Source: a virus | Taxonomy: Duplodnaviria; Caudoviricetes | DNA: 46,873 nt | Strand: one strand, 5' to 3' | Virus record (IMG/VR): IMGVR_UViG_3300031949_000067 | Coordinates: 1-46,873 of that record | Shown: piece by piece, positions 1 to 8,521 of the stretch | Layout: every line of letters begins with the position of its first letter | Numbering within the stretch: the first letter of the stretch is position 1 | The notes under the pieces: model-generated | The model's input: the letters and a program-made list of their open reading frames with translations, nothing else | What the model was told of the DNA's origin: nothing | Database searches by the model: none | Program-made: the position numbers and the translations under genes

Positions 1-1
1 T

Positions 2-127
2 AAGAACGGCGGCGCTCCGCTTCGGGCGCAGGTGCAACTCATTCTCGGTCTGGCGATTACCGGATTGCGGTTCGGCGACCTGTTTGCCCTAATCGGCAAC
101 CGCTCGCTGGAGCTGCGACCCATCGAC
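2..127. repeat. Terminal direct overlap (126 bp), left copy
   Basis: Bases 2-127 are identical to 46748-46873; base 1 (t) differs from 46747 (g). Indicates a circular or circularly permuted complete genome. Confidence 0.97.
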
Positions 128-529
128 GCCCAGTCGCCGGCGGTTGTGGAGTTGTGTGCCGAGATCATCCCGGCCCTGCGTCTGTTCTGGCGGCGAGTGG
201 AGATGCGCGACCCGCCGCCCGTGGATGCGAGCCTGTCGACGCGGGCCACCTTGAAGCGGCTCTACGGCACGATCGATGAGGGCAAAGAGGCCGTCATTCC
301 CGAAGAACTCTACGACAAGTATCGCAGGCTGTCCGAAGCCACAAAGAGCGCCGAGACCGCCCACGACATCGTTTACAACCAGGTGCTCGCCGCAATGGGC
401 GATGCGAAGCGGGGCGTGCTGCCCAACGGGCGGAAGTGCTTCACGGCGTACGAGGTGGCCGAACACTGGGTCGAGCGATACCACTGCGCGGCCTACAAGG
501 CGGTCAGACAACTCAAAGTGAAGGATTGA
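2..529 (+). CDS. YqaJ-like viral recombinase exonuclease, C-terminal part (gene starts at 46343 and crosses the contig join)
   Basis: In frame with the ORF running off the right end through the terminal overlap; contains AQVQ..L.ITG and a C-terminal coiled segment typical of YqaJ/lambda-exonuclease family proteins. Confidence 0.85.
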   Translation, partial: KNGGAPLRAQVQLILGLAITGLRFGDLFALIGNRSLELRPIDAQSPAVVELCAEIIPALRLFWRRVEMRDPPPVDASLSTRATLKRLYGTIDEGKEAVIPEELYDKYRRLSEATKSAETAHDIVYNQVLAAMGDAKRGVLPNGRKCFTAYEVAEHWVERYHCAAYKAVRQLKVKD

Positions 530-532
530 ACC

Positions 533-1732
533 ATGCGAATCATTGAACTGCGAAGCGAGAACGTGAAGCGGCTCAAGGCCGTGAGGATCAAGCCCGACGG
601 GTTGGTCGTGCAAATCACCGGCAAAAACGGGGCGGGCAAGACGTGCGTGCTCGATTCGATCTGGTACGCACTTGGCGGCAAGGGCGGGCATTGCGCCGAG
701 CCGATCCGCAAGGGCGCCAAGAGTGCCGAAATCGTCCTGGACTTGGGAGAGATCAAGGTCACGCGGTCATGGACGGCGGCCGGTACATCGCTGATCCTGC
801 AGTCCGCGGACGGTGCCAAGCTCGCGACCCCGCAGGCGATCCTCGACAAGCTCATCGGCAAGATGACGTTTGACCCGCTGGCTTTTGTCCGCATGGACGC
901 CAAGCAACAGGTGGCCACGCTCCGCGACACGCTGGGCCTGGACTTCGCCGATCTGGACCGCAAACGGCAAGTCGCCTACGACCGGCGTACCGAGACCAAC
1001 CGGGAGTTGAAGCGCGTCGAGGCCGCTGCCAAGAGCATCACGCCGACACCAGGCGTCGTCGAAGTCGATGCGGCGAAGTTGTTGTTGGACTTGCGGGCGG
1101 CGCAGCACACGAAGCGCAACACCGACAAGCTCGACGACGACGTACGGCGTACGCAGGCGGAACTAGAGGAAACCGCCAAGCGCTACGAGGCCCTAGAGGC
1201 GCAGTTGGCGCAGTACGAGAACGTCCGCAAGTCCATCACCGTCATTGACGCGGCCCCGATCGAAGCCCAACTCCGCAACGCCGAATCGACCAACGCCAAA
1301 GTCCGGGCCAACCGAGAGCGAGACAAGTATCTGGCGGAAGCGGATCGCCTGTCAGTGACGGCGGACCGTCTAACCGCCGAACTGGACGCCATCGAAGAAG
1401 AGCGCACGAAACGAATCGCGGCGGTGAAGATTCCGGTGGCCGGGCTGACGTTCGACGACGAGGGGGTCAAGCTAGACGGCGTGCCGTTCGAGCAGGCGGC
1501 GTCGTCGCAATGCCTTCGTGCGGCCATCGGCATGGCCATCGCGGCGAATCCCAAACTGAGAATCTGCCTCGTTCGCGACGGATCGCTACTGGACGCCGAA
1601 TCGCTGGCGCTATTGGAGTCAATGGCGGAGGAACACGACATGCAAATCTGGATCGAGCGGACCACGAACGGCGAGCCGATCGGCGTGGTGATCGAGGACG
1701 GCATGAGCCACACACAGGAGCAAGGCGAATGA
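533..1732 (+). CDS. SMC/Rad50-like ABC-type ATPase with central coiled coil (399 aa)
   Basis: N-terminal ENVKRLK, Walker A ITGKNGAGKT, long coiled coil, ABC signature-like ASSSQ, Walker B/D-loop-like CLVRDGSLLD; sits in a recombination cluster. Confidence 0.85.
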   Translation: MRIIELRSENVKRLKAVRIKPDGLVVQITGKNGAGKTCVLDSIWYALGGKGGHCAEPIRKGAKSAEIVLDLGEIKVTRSWTAAGTSLILQSADGAKLATPQAILDKLIGKMTFDPLAFVRMDAKQQVATLRDTLGLDFADLDRKRQVAYDRRTETNRELKRVEAAAKSITPTPGVVEVDAAKLLLDLRAAQHTKRNTDKLDDDVRRTQAELEETAKRYEALEAQLAQYENVRKSITVIDAAPIEAQLRNAESTNAKVRANRERDKYLAEADRLSVTADRLTAELDAIEEERTKRIAAVKIPVAGLTFDDEGVKLDGVPFEQAASSQCLRAAIGMAIAANPKLRICLVRDGSLLDAESLALLESMAEEHDMQIWIERTTNGEPIGVVIEDGMSHTQEQGE

Positions 1733-2871
1733 GCACACAGCCACAGATACAGCAAGAACCGCAAATGCTCGACCGCGACATGGCGGTCATCAAGATGGAG
1801 AACGAGGTCGTCATGGCTGAGGCCCGAAGCCGGGGCCGCGACCTGCCGAAGATTCTGGCGGAGGTGATGGCCCAAGTCGTGAACTTCCGTACGTTCGCCG
1901 AGAACGCCATCTACGTTAAGCCATGCGGAAAAGACCCGGATACTGGCAAGGAAAAGTTCGCGCGCGGGCTGAGTATCCGGGTGGCCCAAACCCTCAAGGC
2001 CGCGTACGGATGGAGCAAGGTGCGCTGTGACATGCTCGTTCTGGATCATTTTCGCGTGAAGATGATCGCCGTCTTCACAGACTACATCACCGGAAGCGTG
2101 TTCGAGATGTCGTCCATTATCAGTCGCTCCTACCGGGCGAAGGGCGGAAAGGTTATGGAGCACGGCGATGATCGTTTTTACAATGTCGTCGTCAAGGCCG
2201 AGCAGAGCAAACTGATTCGTGAGGTCATCCTACGCTCCATACCAGAAGGCCTGAAGTCTGAGCTTTGGGAGTGCATCGAAAATCAGCAACGGAATCTGTT
2301 GACCCCAGAAGTATCCAAGCAGATCGTCGCCAAATTCTCGGCCAAGAGCGTCAGCCAACAGCAGATCGAACGATTCCTCGGGAAGCGGATTGAGGTGCTG
2401 ACCCGCGACGATCGACAACGGCTGCTGGAAATCTGGAACGCGATCGAGCAAGACGAGGCGACGATAGCTGAGGTGTTCGGGGAAACGGACGATGACGGCA
2501 CACCGGCGCCGACGGATAAACTTGCGGCCCTAACCGCAAGAACCAAAGCCTCTCGGCAGGCGATGGAGGCCCCAACCGCCGCATCCCCGACCCCGGTCGC
2601 CGAACCGGAACCACCGCCGGCGGACGTGACTCAGCCCATTCCGCCGACACCTGAATCGCCGCCGGAGCCGACGGTAGATCGTGCCGAATTGCAGACTGCG
2701 ATCCGCGAACTCGGTACATCGCTCCTCGACCACCCTGGTGTGGTGAAGATCAGGAAGGACTACCGGATCAGCGGATTCGACGGATTGAGCTTGCGGAAAC
2801 TAACGGTGCCCAGCCTCACGGCGTTGCACGACGCCCTGACGCAACTCTCGCGGGGAGCCGCCGATGACTAA
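1729..2871 (+). CDS. Putative single-strand annealing / recombination protein
   Basis: ATGA overlap with the ATPase stop and a GGAG upstream give a start at 1729; globular N-domain (GLSIRVA, IREVILRSIP) followed by a Pro-rich linker and small C-domain. Function inferred from position next to YqaJ. Confidence 0.5.
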   Translation: MSTQPQIQQEPQMLDRDMAVIKMENEVVMAEARSRGRDLPKILAEVMAQVVNFRTFAENAIYVKPCGKDPDTGKEKFARGLSIRVAQTLKAAYGWSKVRCDMLVLDHFRVKMIAVFTDYITGSVFEMSSIISRSYRAKGGKVMEHGDDRFYNVVVKAEQSKLIREVILRSIPEGLKSELWECIENQQRNLLTPEVSKQIVAKFSAKSVSQQQIERFLGKRIEVLTRDDRQRLLEIWNAIEQDEATIAEVFGETDDDGTPAPTDKLAALTARTKASRQAMEAPTAASPTPVAEPEPPPADVTQPIPPTPESPPEPTVDRAELQTAIRELGTSLLDHPGVVKIRKDYRISGFDGLSLRKLTVPSLTALHDALTQLSRGAADD

Positions 2872-3061
2872 TGGCCACTGTGACCTGTGCGGATACGCTC
2901 CGGTCGACGTCGATCAGTGTCCCGATTGCGGGGAATTCTACTGTGATGATTGCGCAGGCCGCCACGCGCGAGAACACCGGCTCGAACCGCCGGATCGTGA
3001 GGGCCGCATAGCGGATACACGAGACCGATCATACGATCGGAGATTGGATCACCACCCATGA
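2864..3061 (+). CDS. Small Cys-rich (zinc-binding) protein
   Basis: CDLC..CPDC..CDDC..H pattern; overlaps both neighbours. Confidence 0.65.
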   Translation: MTNGHCDLCGYAPVDVDQCPDCGEFYCDDCAGRHAREHRLEPPDREGRIADTRDRSYDRRLDHHP

Positions 3062-3882
3062 CGGACCCCCGGTTCCACCGCGTCTGGTTCTCCTACGTCG
3101 GATCGCGCGACGTGCCCTCGACTATCGCCCACATGCTCGCGTCGAAGGTCATCACCGGCGTGTTTCTCCAAGTTGGGCAGCGGGAGATCAGCGATACGTT
3201 CGCCCAACAGAACATCCAGGACGCAATCGGCCTGTGCCATCAATACCACGCCGAGATCGCCCTGATTCGCATCATGTGGCGTGACCAGAACGATCTGCTC
3301 GACATTAGCTATTGGCGTTCGGAGATCGACGCCGTCCGAGCGGAGCGCGAAACCGTGGGGGCGCACTGTGTCGGATTCGACTCAGAAGCCTACGTCAATC
3401 CACTCAAGATGATTTTCCTGTCGGCCATGAGTCCGGCAGATTGGGCCACGCTCGCCGGCATCGTTGATACCTTGCGGGCCGAGGGGCGATTCGTGGACTA
3501 CATCTACCCGGCGGGGTCGGTATCGTTCCAGCGCCCGATTACCGGCATTGCCCGCATCGGGGAAAAGCGCGGCTCGGAGCACACGTACTTCAGGCATGTG
3601 GCGACAACGGACGACATCAACTACCCGTTCGAGATGCCTGGTTGCTGGTTTCACGTCACCACGGACAATCCGAGCGATCCTCAGCAGCGTCCGTTTTTCA
3701 TCCCGGCGAACTTCTTCGATCAGGCGAAATCGACGTTTGACGGAGGCGCCGCAATCGACCCGTGGGATGAGTTGTGGATGTACCAGGAGATCGGTCTGCC
3801 ACTGGCCGTACAATTCCGGCGTGAGGCCCGAGCGCGCCAATATCCGCACAAGGAGCGCCGACGCGCGATCAGGATATCCTGA
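3058..3882 (+). CDS. Hypothetical protein, possibly TIM-barrel glycoside-hydrolase-like (274 aa)
   Basis: ATGA-coupled ORF; alternating beta/alpha pattern and a VGFDSEAY motif resembling the DxE catalytic strand of GH18-like barrels. Fold call is weak. Confidence 0.35.
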   Translation: MTDPRFHRVWFSYVGSRDVPSTIAHMLASKVITGVFLQVGQREISDTFAQQNIQDAIGLCHQYHAEIALIRIMWRDQNDLLDISYWRSEIDAVRAERETVGAHCVGFDSEAYVNPLKMIFLSAMSPADWATLAGIVDTLRAEGRFVDYIYPAGSVSFQRPITGIARIGEKRGSEHTYFRHVATTDDINYPFEMPGCWFHVTTDNPSDPQQRPFFIPANFFDQAKSTFDGGAAIDPWDELWMYQEIGLPLAVQFRREARARQYPHKERRRAIRIS

Positions 3883-3966
3883 GTGGTAGTTCACAGGCCG
3901 GGCGGCGGACGGAATCGCTAAAACGCGCAGGGAGGCGCCGCCCGGTTCCGTGAAAGGGAGACGACG

Positions 3967-4356
3967 ATGATCGACGAAATTCGAGAAGAGATCGGACCTG
4001 ACGGCAAGCAGTATCCGGTCCCGCCGGACCCGCGGGCGGATACGATCAAAGAGTTGCTGGCGGTCATTCAAAGGGTGCGCGCTCAATACGCGCTCCAAAC
4101 TATTTGTTGCAAGTGCGAATGCACGGCCTGTCTTGATTTCCTGAATTTCATGCGACGAGAACTTGGCAACTCGCGATTCGGTGAAGTTCCGTCGGATGTG
4201 CTGTTTCCACCGGACCCACGGGCGGCGGTCGAGTCCCTGACCGAGCGTGAGGCGGCGAAGCAGATCATGCACGACCACCCCGACATCGCGTTCTACCTGC
4301 CGCACACTCTAGTCAGCGTGCTGAAACGGATTAACGACGTGAGGAACGGGGAATGA
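3967..4356 (+). CDS. Hypothetical protein with a Cys cluster
   Basis: GGGAG RBS; CCKCECTAC motif; coupled to the next ORF. Confidence 0.6.
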   Translation: MIDEIREEIGPDGKQYPVPPDPRADTIKELLAVIQRVRAQYALQTICCKCECTACLDFLNFMRRELGNSRFGEVPSDVLFPPDPRAAVESLTEREAAKQIMHDHPDIAFYLPHTLVSVLKRINDVRNGE

Positions 4357-4586
4357 GCAAACCCATAAATTGGCAGGACATCGAGAACGCGATCAGGCCG
4401 ATGGTAACACGAGGGCCGAAACCGACAACGATCGCGGAATGCGATGAGGATATGGAGGACTACGGATACGCGATTTCCTCTGCCTACAAGCTGCTCGGAC
4501 TTCTGCTCGAAAAGCGTTGTGTCGTGCAGGGTAGATACAAGATGGCGGTTGCAATGCGTAACCAAGCGAGGAATGGGGATTCGTAG
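4353..4586 (+). CDS. Hypothetical protein
   Basis: ATGA overlap with the previous ORF. Confidence 0.55.
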   Translation: MSKPINWQDIENAIRPMVTRGPKPTTIAECDEDMEDYGYAISSAYKLLGLLLEKRCVVQGRYKMAVAMRNQARNGDS

Positions 4587-4597
4587 GAGGACAAACC

Positions 4598-5200
4598 ATG
4601 AAACGAGTTACGTTGCTTGTGGGTAACACGCGAGAAGTGGCCAACGGAATACGTATAACTCTCGGCGATAAAGGCCCGCACTGGGTGCCGATGGACTGGG
4701 TTGAGTCCATCGACGACGTGTCGGACGAGGTGACGCCCGCGAAGCAGGAATGGTTGCAGAGGGTAGATGACCTCGAGCGAGAGCTAGACGGAATCTGTGT
4801 TGCATTTCGTGCGCGATTGGTTAGCCACTTTGAGCGGATTGTGGATTTGGAGGATCATCGAAAGGATGAACCGATTGCGGACCCTGAACTCGCTCGCCCC
4901 GTCATGTCGATACCGGACGAAGTTCGTAAATCGTGTGGTGTGTCAGACCCAGACATTGAGAGGCACGTACTCAAGTTGGCGCTGCATAACGCTAACGGTA
5001 AGATTGCCGCCTATGCACAGCGCATCGCCGATTTGCAAAAAGGGCCGGACCCCGAACTCGCCCGCCTCGACGCTGCGGTGATTGAGGCGGCGAAGCTCGC
5101 ATATCCAGAGAACCATCCGACCGACGATAATTTATTGTGGGGGGCGCTGTGGAATGCGGTTGTGACCCGAAACGAATACCTCGCAAAACAAAAGGCGTGA
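4598..5200 (+). CDS. Hypothetical coiled-coil protein
   Basis: Strong AGGAGG RBS; internal DPELAR duplication. Confidence 0.7.
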   Translation: MKRVTLLVGNTREVANGIRITLGDKGPHWVPMDWVESIDDVSDEVTPAKQEWLQRVDDLERELDGICVAFRARLVSHFERIVDLEDHRKDEPIADPELARPVMSIPDEVRKSCGVSDPDIERHVLKLALHNANGKIAAYAQRIADLQKGPDPELARLDAAVIEAAKLAYPENHPTDDNLLWGALWNAVVTRNEYLAKQKA

Positions 5201-5202
5201 TC

Positions 5203-5436
5203 GTGAAAATCGAATGGCTGGGCGACGAAGAATACGCGGTGTTGGACGGTTCAGGGGAACGTGACCTGTGTCTGGCGGAGATCATGTGCGTAACGCATGG
5301 TTTTTCCGTGTGGGTCTTAGGGAAAAAGGTCAGCGCATATTATGCCACCATGTCTGGTGCCAAGCGTGCGGCGATACGCGAGCTACGCAAGATTCACGCG
5401 GCGATCGGGCGGCACGTGGTGGGGTACGGCAAATGA
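5203..5436 (+). CDS. Hypothetical protein
   Basis: GTG start just after the previous stop; ends in an ATGA overlap. Shares a 'G/V.xYAxxSxAKRA' motif with 8734..8949. Confidence 0.55.
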   Translation: MKIEWLGDEEYAVLDGSGERDLCLAEIMCVTHGFSVWVLGKKVSAYYATMSGAKRAAIRELRKIHAAIGRHVVGYGK

Positions 5437-5723
5437 GCACCGTGAACGTTAATGGTGTCGAGTACGACAGGCAGGAGTATTCGCGAAAGATCATGGCCCA
5501 GTGCGGTACGATCATTGTCTACAGTGATAATGGCACGATATATAGAGGAACTGGGTATTGCGTTTGCGGAGAGCCGCATCGTGGTGGACCAATAGAATTG
5601 AATCCCGAAGACGCCATGTGCAGCGCAGATTTACAGTTAAGGCTTGACGGTTGGGAGGTATCACCCGTTACCTGCCCGGAGTGTTTGGCGAATCGACTGG
5701 CGGGCGGCGGCGCGCGACCGTGA
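5433..5723 (+). CDS. Hypothetical Cys-containing protein
   Basis: ATGA-coupled; CVC and CPEC motifs. Confidence 0.55.
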   Translation: MSTVNVNGVEYDRQEYSRKIMAQCGTIIVYSDNGTIYRGTGYCVCGEPHRGGPIELNPEDAMCSADLQLRLDGWEVSPVTCPECLANRLAGGGARP

Positions 5724-5756
5724 CGCCGGGGCGTACCCGGCGCCGCTCGCCATTGA

Positions 5757-5831
5757 TGCGGGGTAGCTCAGTTGGATCAGAGCACCGGATTTCTAACCCG
5801 AAGGTCGCCGGTTCGAATCCGGCCCCCGCAA
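5757..5831 (+). tRNA. tRNA-Arg (anticodon UCU), CCA not encoded
   Basis: Acceptor TGCGGGG/CCCCGCA, D arm GCTC/GAGC with GGAT loop, anticodon loop TTTCTAA, T arm GCCGG-TTCGAAT-CCGGC. Anticodon stem has only 3 of 5 canonical pairs. Confidence 0.88.
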
Positions 5832-5832
5832 A

Positions 5833-5919
5833 TGGGCGGATGTTGTCCGTTGTCCCTTGGCATAGGGGCTTTGCGAAGAATGTCCAATGTTGGAGCAACG
5901 GCTTATGCCCATCCGTCCA
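5833..5919 (+). ncRNA. Structured RNA-like element A (multibranch)
   Basis: Outer stem TGGGCGGATG/CATCCGTCCA, inner stem CCGTTG/CAACGG enclosing three short hairpins; begins 2 nt after the tRNA. Confidence 0.45.
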
Positions 5920-5988
5920 AAATGTCACAGATGCGAAGCTGTGAGTTTGCACCTCTTGCAAACGCGAATTGCCGCCTCGCCCGCCGGG

Positions 5989-6140
5989 GTCTTCGCAAGC
6001 GGGCGATTTATGCCGCCCCGAAAAGTCACGTGTCCCTCCCACAGGACTGATGGGGCCCCGTAGACCCATGCGGAGCGTGACGAGGGTAAGGGGCGGCACC
6101 TTGAATTCAACGCCGAGCGGCGTCTTCGCAAGCGGGCGAT
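5989..6140 (+). repeat. 19-bp direct repeat GTCTTCGCAAGCGGGCGAT (5989-6007 and 6122-6140)
   Basis: Exact match; each copy lies 3 nt upstream of a structured element. ATTCAACGCCGA also repeats at 6105-6116 and 6268-6279. Confidence 0.9.
6011..6098 (+). ncRNA. Structured RNA-like element B (multibranch)
   Basis: Outer stem TGCCGCCCC/GGGGCGGCA, inner stem GTCACG/CGTGAC enclosing GTCC/GGAC and ATGGG/CCCAT hairpins. Confidence 0.45.
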
Positions 6141-6143
6141 ATT

Positions 6144-6261
6144 ACTGGGGTAGTACAAGAAGCGGTGCAGCCCCCACGGGGGGTTGAAATCCGTGGGCTA
6201 GTACGCCTCAATGGCCGTCTGGCTCGTTGAGGAAATGTGGGTTCAATTCCCACCCCTCGTG
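6144..6261 (+). ncRNA. Expanded tRNA-like element C
   Basis: Acceptor-like ACTGGGG/CCCTCGT, TA, D stem GTAC/GTAC around a 44-nt loop, CCTCA/TGAGG stem with a 17-nt insert, perfect T arm GTGGG-TTCAATT-CCCAC. Confidence 0.55.
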
Positions 6262-6304
6262 TTCTGGATTCAACGCCGATCGACCCGGACTTTGGATACT
6301 GACG

Positions 6305-6559
6305 ATGGCACACGATGACGCGGCAGAGCTTAATGATTTGCGGGTCCAGCACGTGAAGCTGTATAGGCTTGTCCAGGAACTGGACGCCGAAATTGCCAAG
6401 TTGGAGACGCAACTGGGCGAGCGCGACAACCTGCTCCGCGAGGCCCGCGATCAGTACGCCGATCATCGCCCCGATAAATGCCTGGCCGACCAGGGCAGGG
6501 TGTGCAAGTGCGGTTATGGCAAATGGTGCGCCAAGGTGACGGAGATTCTGGGGGACTGA
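6305..6559 (+). CDS. Hypothetical coiled-coil protein with C-terminal Cys motif
   Basis: ATG at 6305 within the 6227..6559 frame; ends 4 nt before the next gene. Confidence 0.6.
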   Translation: MAHDDAAELNDLRVQHVKLYRLVQELDAEIAKLETQLGERDNLLREARDQYADHRPDKCLADQGRVCKCGYGKWCAKVTEILGD

Positions 6560-6563
6560 GGCT

Positions 6564-7460
6564 ATGGGCACCAAGAGCACGATCGAATGGACTGGGGCGA
6601 CGTGGAACCCGGTTACGGGCTGCGCCGCGGTCAGCGAGGGCTGCCGGCACTGCTACGCCGCCCGCCTCACCCACGGGCGATTGCGGCACAATCCACGCTA
6701 TGCCGGCCTGACCAACACCGCCGGCCACTTCAACGGCGTAGTTAAGTGCCACGAGGACTTACTCGACGTGCCCCTGCACTGGCGTAAGCCCAGAATGATT
6801 TTCGTCAACTCCATGAGCGACCTGTTTCACGTCGGCGTGCCCTTCGACTTTATCGTGGGCGTGTACGCGACGATGATCATGGCCAGGCAGCACACTTATC
6901 AGATTCTTACCAAGCGGCCGGAGCGCGCTGCGGAAATCCTGTCGATGATGGCCACGACGGACAACCTGGACGAGGAACTCTCGCGGCGTTGGGAGGATCG
7001 AAAGATCAAACGCTCCGATCGAAGGCTCTATGACATTTACACCGCCGGGTTGTGGCCGCCGCCTAACGTCTGGCTGGGCACCTCCTGCGAGGATCAGGCG
7101 ACGTTCGACGCCCGTGTGCCGCATCTAACCCATTGCCCGACGGCGGTACGCTTCGTCAGCCTGGAGCCGCTGCTGGGACCGATTGTATTAAGATTCACAC
7201 ATCTACTCAACTGGGTAATCGTCAGCGGGGAGTCCGGTCCCGGCGCCCGGCCGATGCAACCCGACTGGGTGCGGTCGATTCGCGATCAATGCGTGGCCGC
7301 CGGCGTGCCATTTTTCTGGAAACAGTTTGGGAAACTATCGAATAACCCGGACCCCAAAGACCACACGGCAAAGGAAAACGGAGGACACGCCAAGGGCGGG
7401 CGGCTGCTCGACGGGCGGACGTGGGACGAAATGCCAGAGGTGAATCATGTCGGACGTTGA
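6564..7460 (+). CDS. Phage Gp37/Gp68 family (DUF5131) protein, radical-SAM-like three-Cys motif
   Basis: IEWT..TWNPVTGC..VSEGC.HCYA, IFVNSMSDLFH, YQILTKRPER, NVWLGTS.EDQ, RFVSLEPLLGPI, WVIVSGESG, PFFWKQ.G hallmark motifs. Confidence 0.93.
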   Translation: MGTKSTIEWTGATWNPVTGCAAVSEGCRHCYAARLTHGRLRHNPRYAGLTNTAGHFNGVVKCHEDLLDVPLHWRKPRMIFVNSMSDLFHVGVPFDFIVGVYATMIMARQHTYQILTKRPERAAEILSMMATTDNLDEELSRRWEDRKIKRSDRRLYDIYTAGLWPPPNVWLGTSCEDQATFDARVPHLTHCPTAVRFVSLEPLLGPIVLRFTHLLNWVIVSGESGPGARPMQPDWVRSIRDQCVAAGVPFFWKQFGKLSNNPDPKDHTAKENGGHAKGGRLLDGRTWDEMPEVNHVGR

Positions 7461-7532
7461 GCAATATGTATGCGATCAGTGCGGAGCTTGCTGTAAACAC
7501 CTAATCATCGAGGCTGAACGCGTGGTGAATAC

Positions 7533-7784
7533 GTGAGCCACCGCCAATTTGAATTGCTCGATTCTCCGCCCAGCGTTGGCCAGTCGGTTCACGTGGCGGG
7601 CTGGAACATTGGATGCTGGTTTCGCGTGGAGTCGATAGACGGAGAGACTGTTCACTTGCGAACCCCAAAGACCAATAGGCCATATAGCGTACACATAAGT
7701 CTTCTTCGGCGTACGAGAAAAAATGAACGCGGGGCGGACGCCGTAACCGAGGCCGAGCGGTGGGCGAAGGAGAAGCGGGAATGA
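7533..7784 (+). CDS. Hypothetical protein (small beta-barrel-like)
   Basis: ORF ending in a GGAATGA overlap with the next gene. Confidence 0.5.
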   Translation: MSHRQFELLDSPPSVGQSVHVAGWNIGCWFRVESIDGETVHLRTPKTNRPYSVHISLLRRTRKNERGADAVTEAERWAKEKRE

Positions 7785-7984
7785 GTCCTTGGTGGTTACT
7801 GCCAATTGGAATCGTTATGGCCGCGTTTGCGATCATCGCGTACCTTTGGGGACGACTAGTGGGAGAAGTTCGTGGCGAGTGTATCGGACAAAAAGATGCC
7901 CTAGAAGCAGGGTACGCCGAAGGGTATATATCCGGCGAGGACAAGGCGGAGCGGGAGGCGGAAGAGAAGGAGGAGCGGGAATGA
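7781..7984 (+). CDS. Small membrane protein
   Basis: N-terminal hydrophobic helix followed by GYAEGYISG repeats; ATGA-coupled. Confidence 0.6.
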   Translation: MSPWWLLPIGIVMAAFAIIAYLWGRLVGEVRGECIGQKDALEAGYAEGYISGEDKAEREAEEKEERE

Positions 7985-8211
7985 GTAGACGCAAGGGTAA
8001 ACGGTGGTGGCTGTGGCGCCCCCGGGGCGGTGGACTGTTGGGGTCCGCGGAAGAGCCGACATGGAATGGGCATCTAGATAATTGGGACGTATTTGGATCT
8101 CCGTGGGCCTGTACTATTGTCCTGCGCTGGATGTTGGGTGATCTTCCAGAATCGGGTGAGCTATGGGAAATGCGAGGCTGCGATGTCGTGCAGATATGGG
8201 TGTGGGAATGA
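7981..8211 (+). CDS. Hypothetical Trp-rich protein
   Basis: ATGA-coupled on both sides. Confidence 0.5.
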   Translation: MSRRKGKRWWLWRPRGGGLLGSAEEPTWNGHLDNWDVFGSPWACTIVLRWMLGDLPESGELWEMRGCDVVQIWVWE

Positions 8212-8519
8212 CCGAGCAAGAGTTGGCGGCGATTGAGGCGCGGTGCAATGCGGCGACGCCGGGGCCGTGGAACCGAGCATATCATGGTAACATGATTATT
8301 GTCGAGTCGCCAAACAGTATCGTCGTCAACGCGGATGACAAAGAGTTTGGAACCGGGCTTCAATATGGAGGGATAAAAGGAGAGACAGATGGTGATTTTA
8401 TCGCCAACTCCCGCACCGACGTTCCCGCCCTTCTCGCCGAGGTGCGGAGACTGATGGCAGAAGTTGAACACTTGCGGACGCCCGGACCTTGGTTAGCGAC
8501 TGTACTTCCGCGAGATTGA
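8208..8519 (+). CDS. Ead/Ea22-like phage protein
   Basis: LAAIEARCNAATPGPW ... DFIANSRTDVPALLAEVRRL, the characteristic ATPGPW / FIA..R.DVP.LL.EV motifs. Confidence 0.75.
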   Translation: MTEQELAAIEARCNAATPGPWNRAYHGNMIIVESPNSIVVNADDKEFGTGLQYGGIKGETDGDFIANSRTDVPALLAEVRRLMAEVEHLRTPGPWLATVLPRD

Positions 8520-8521
8520 CC

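Noticed and set aside
1-127. Biological direct terminal repeat
   Set aside because: The 126-127-nt length is typical of an assembler k-mer overlap and it falls inside the YqaJ gene; treated as evidence of circularity only.
5785-5802. Reading the tRNA as an amber suppressor (CUA anticodon) with TAG recoding
   Set aside because: Centring the loop on CTA destroys all anticodon-stem pairing, the Arg-type D loop fits UCU, and TAG acts as a normal stop for long genes such as portal and scaffold.
6020-6075. Hammerhead or other self-cleaving ribozyme in element B (CTGATG present)
   Set aside because: The required CUGANGA and GAAA core with correctly placed stems is not present.
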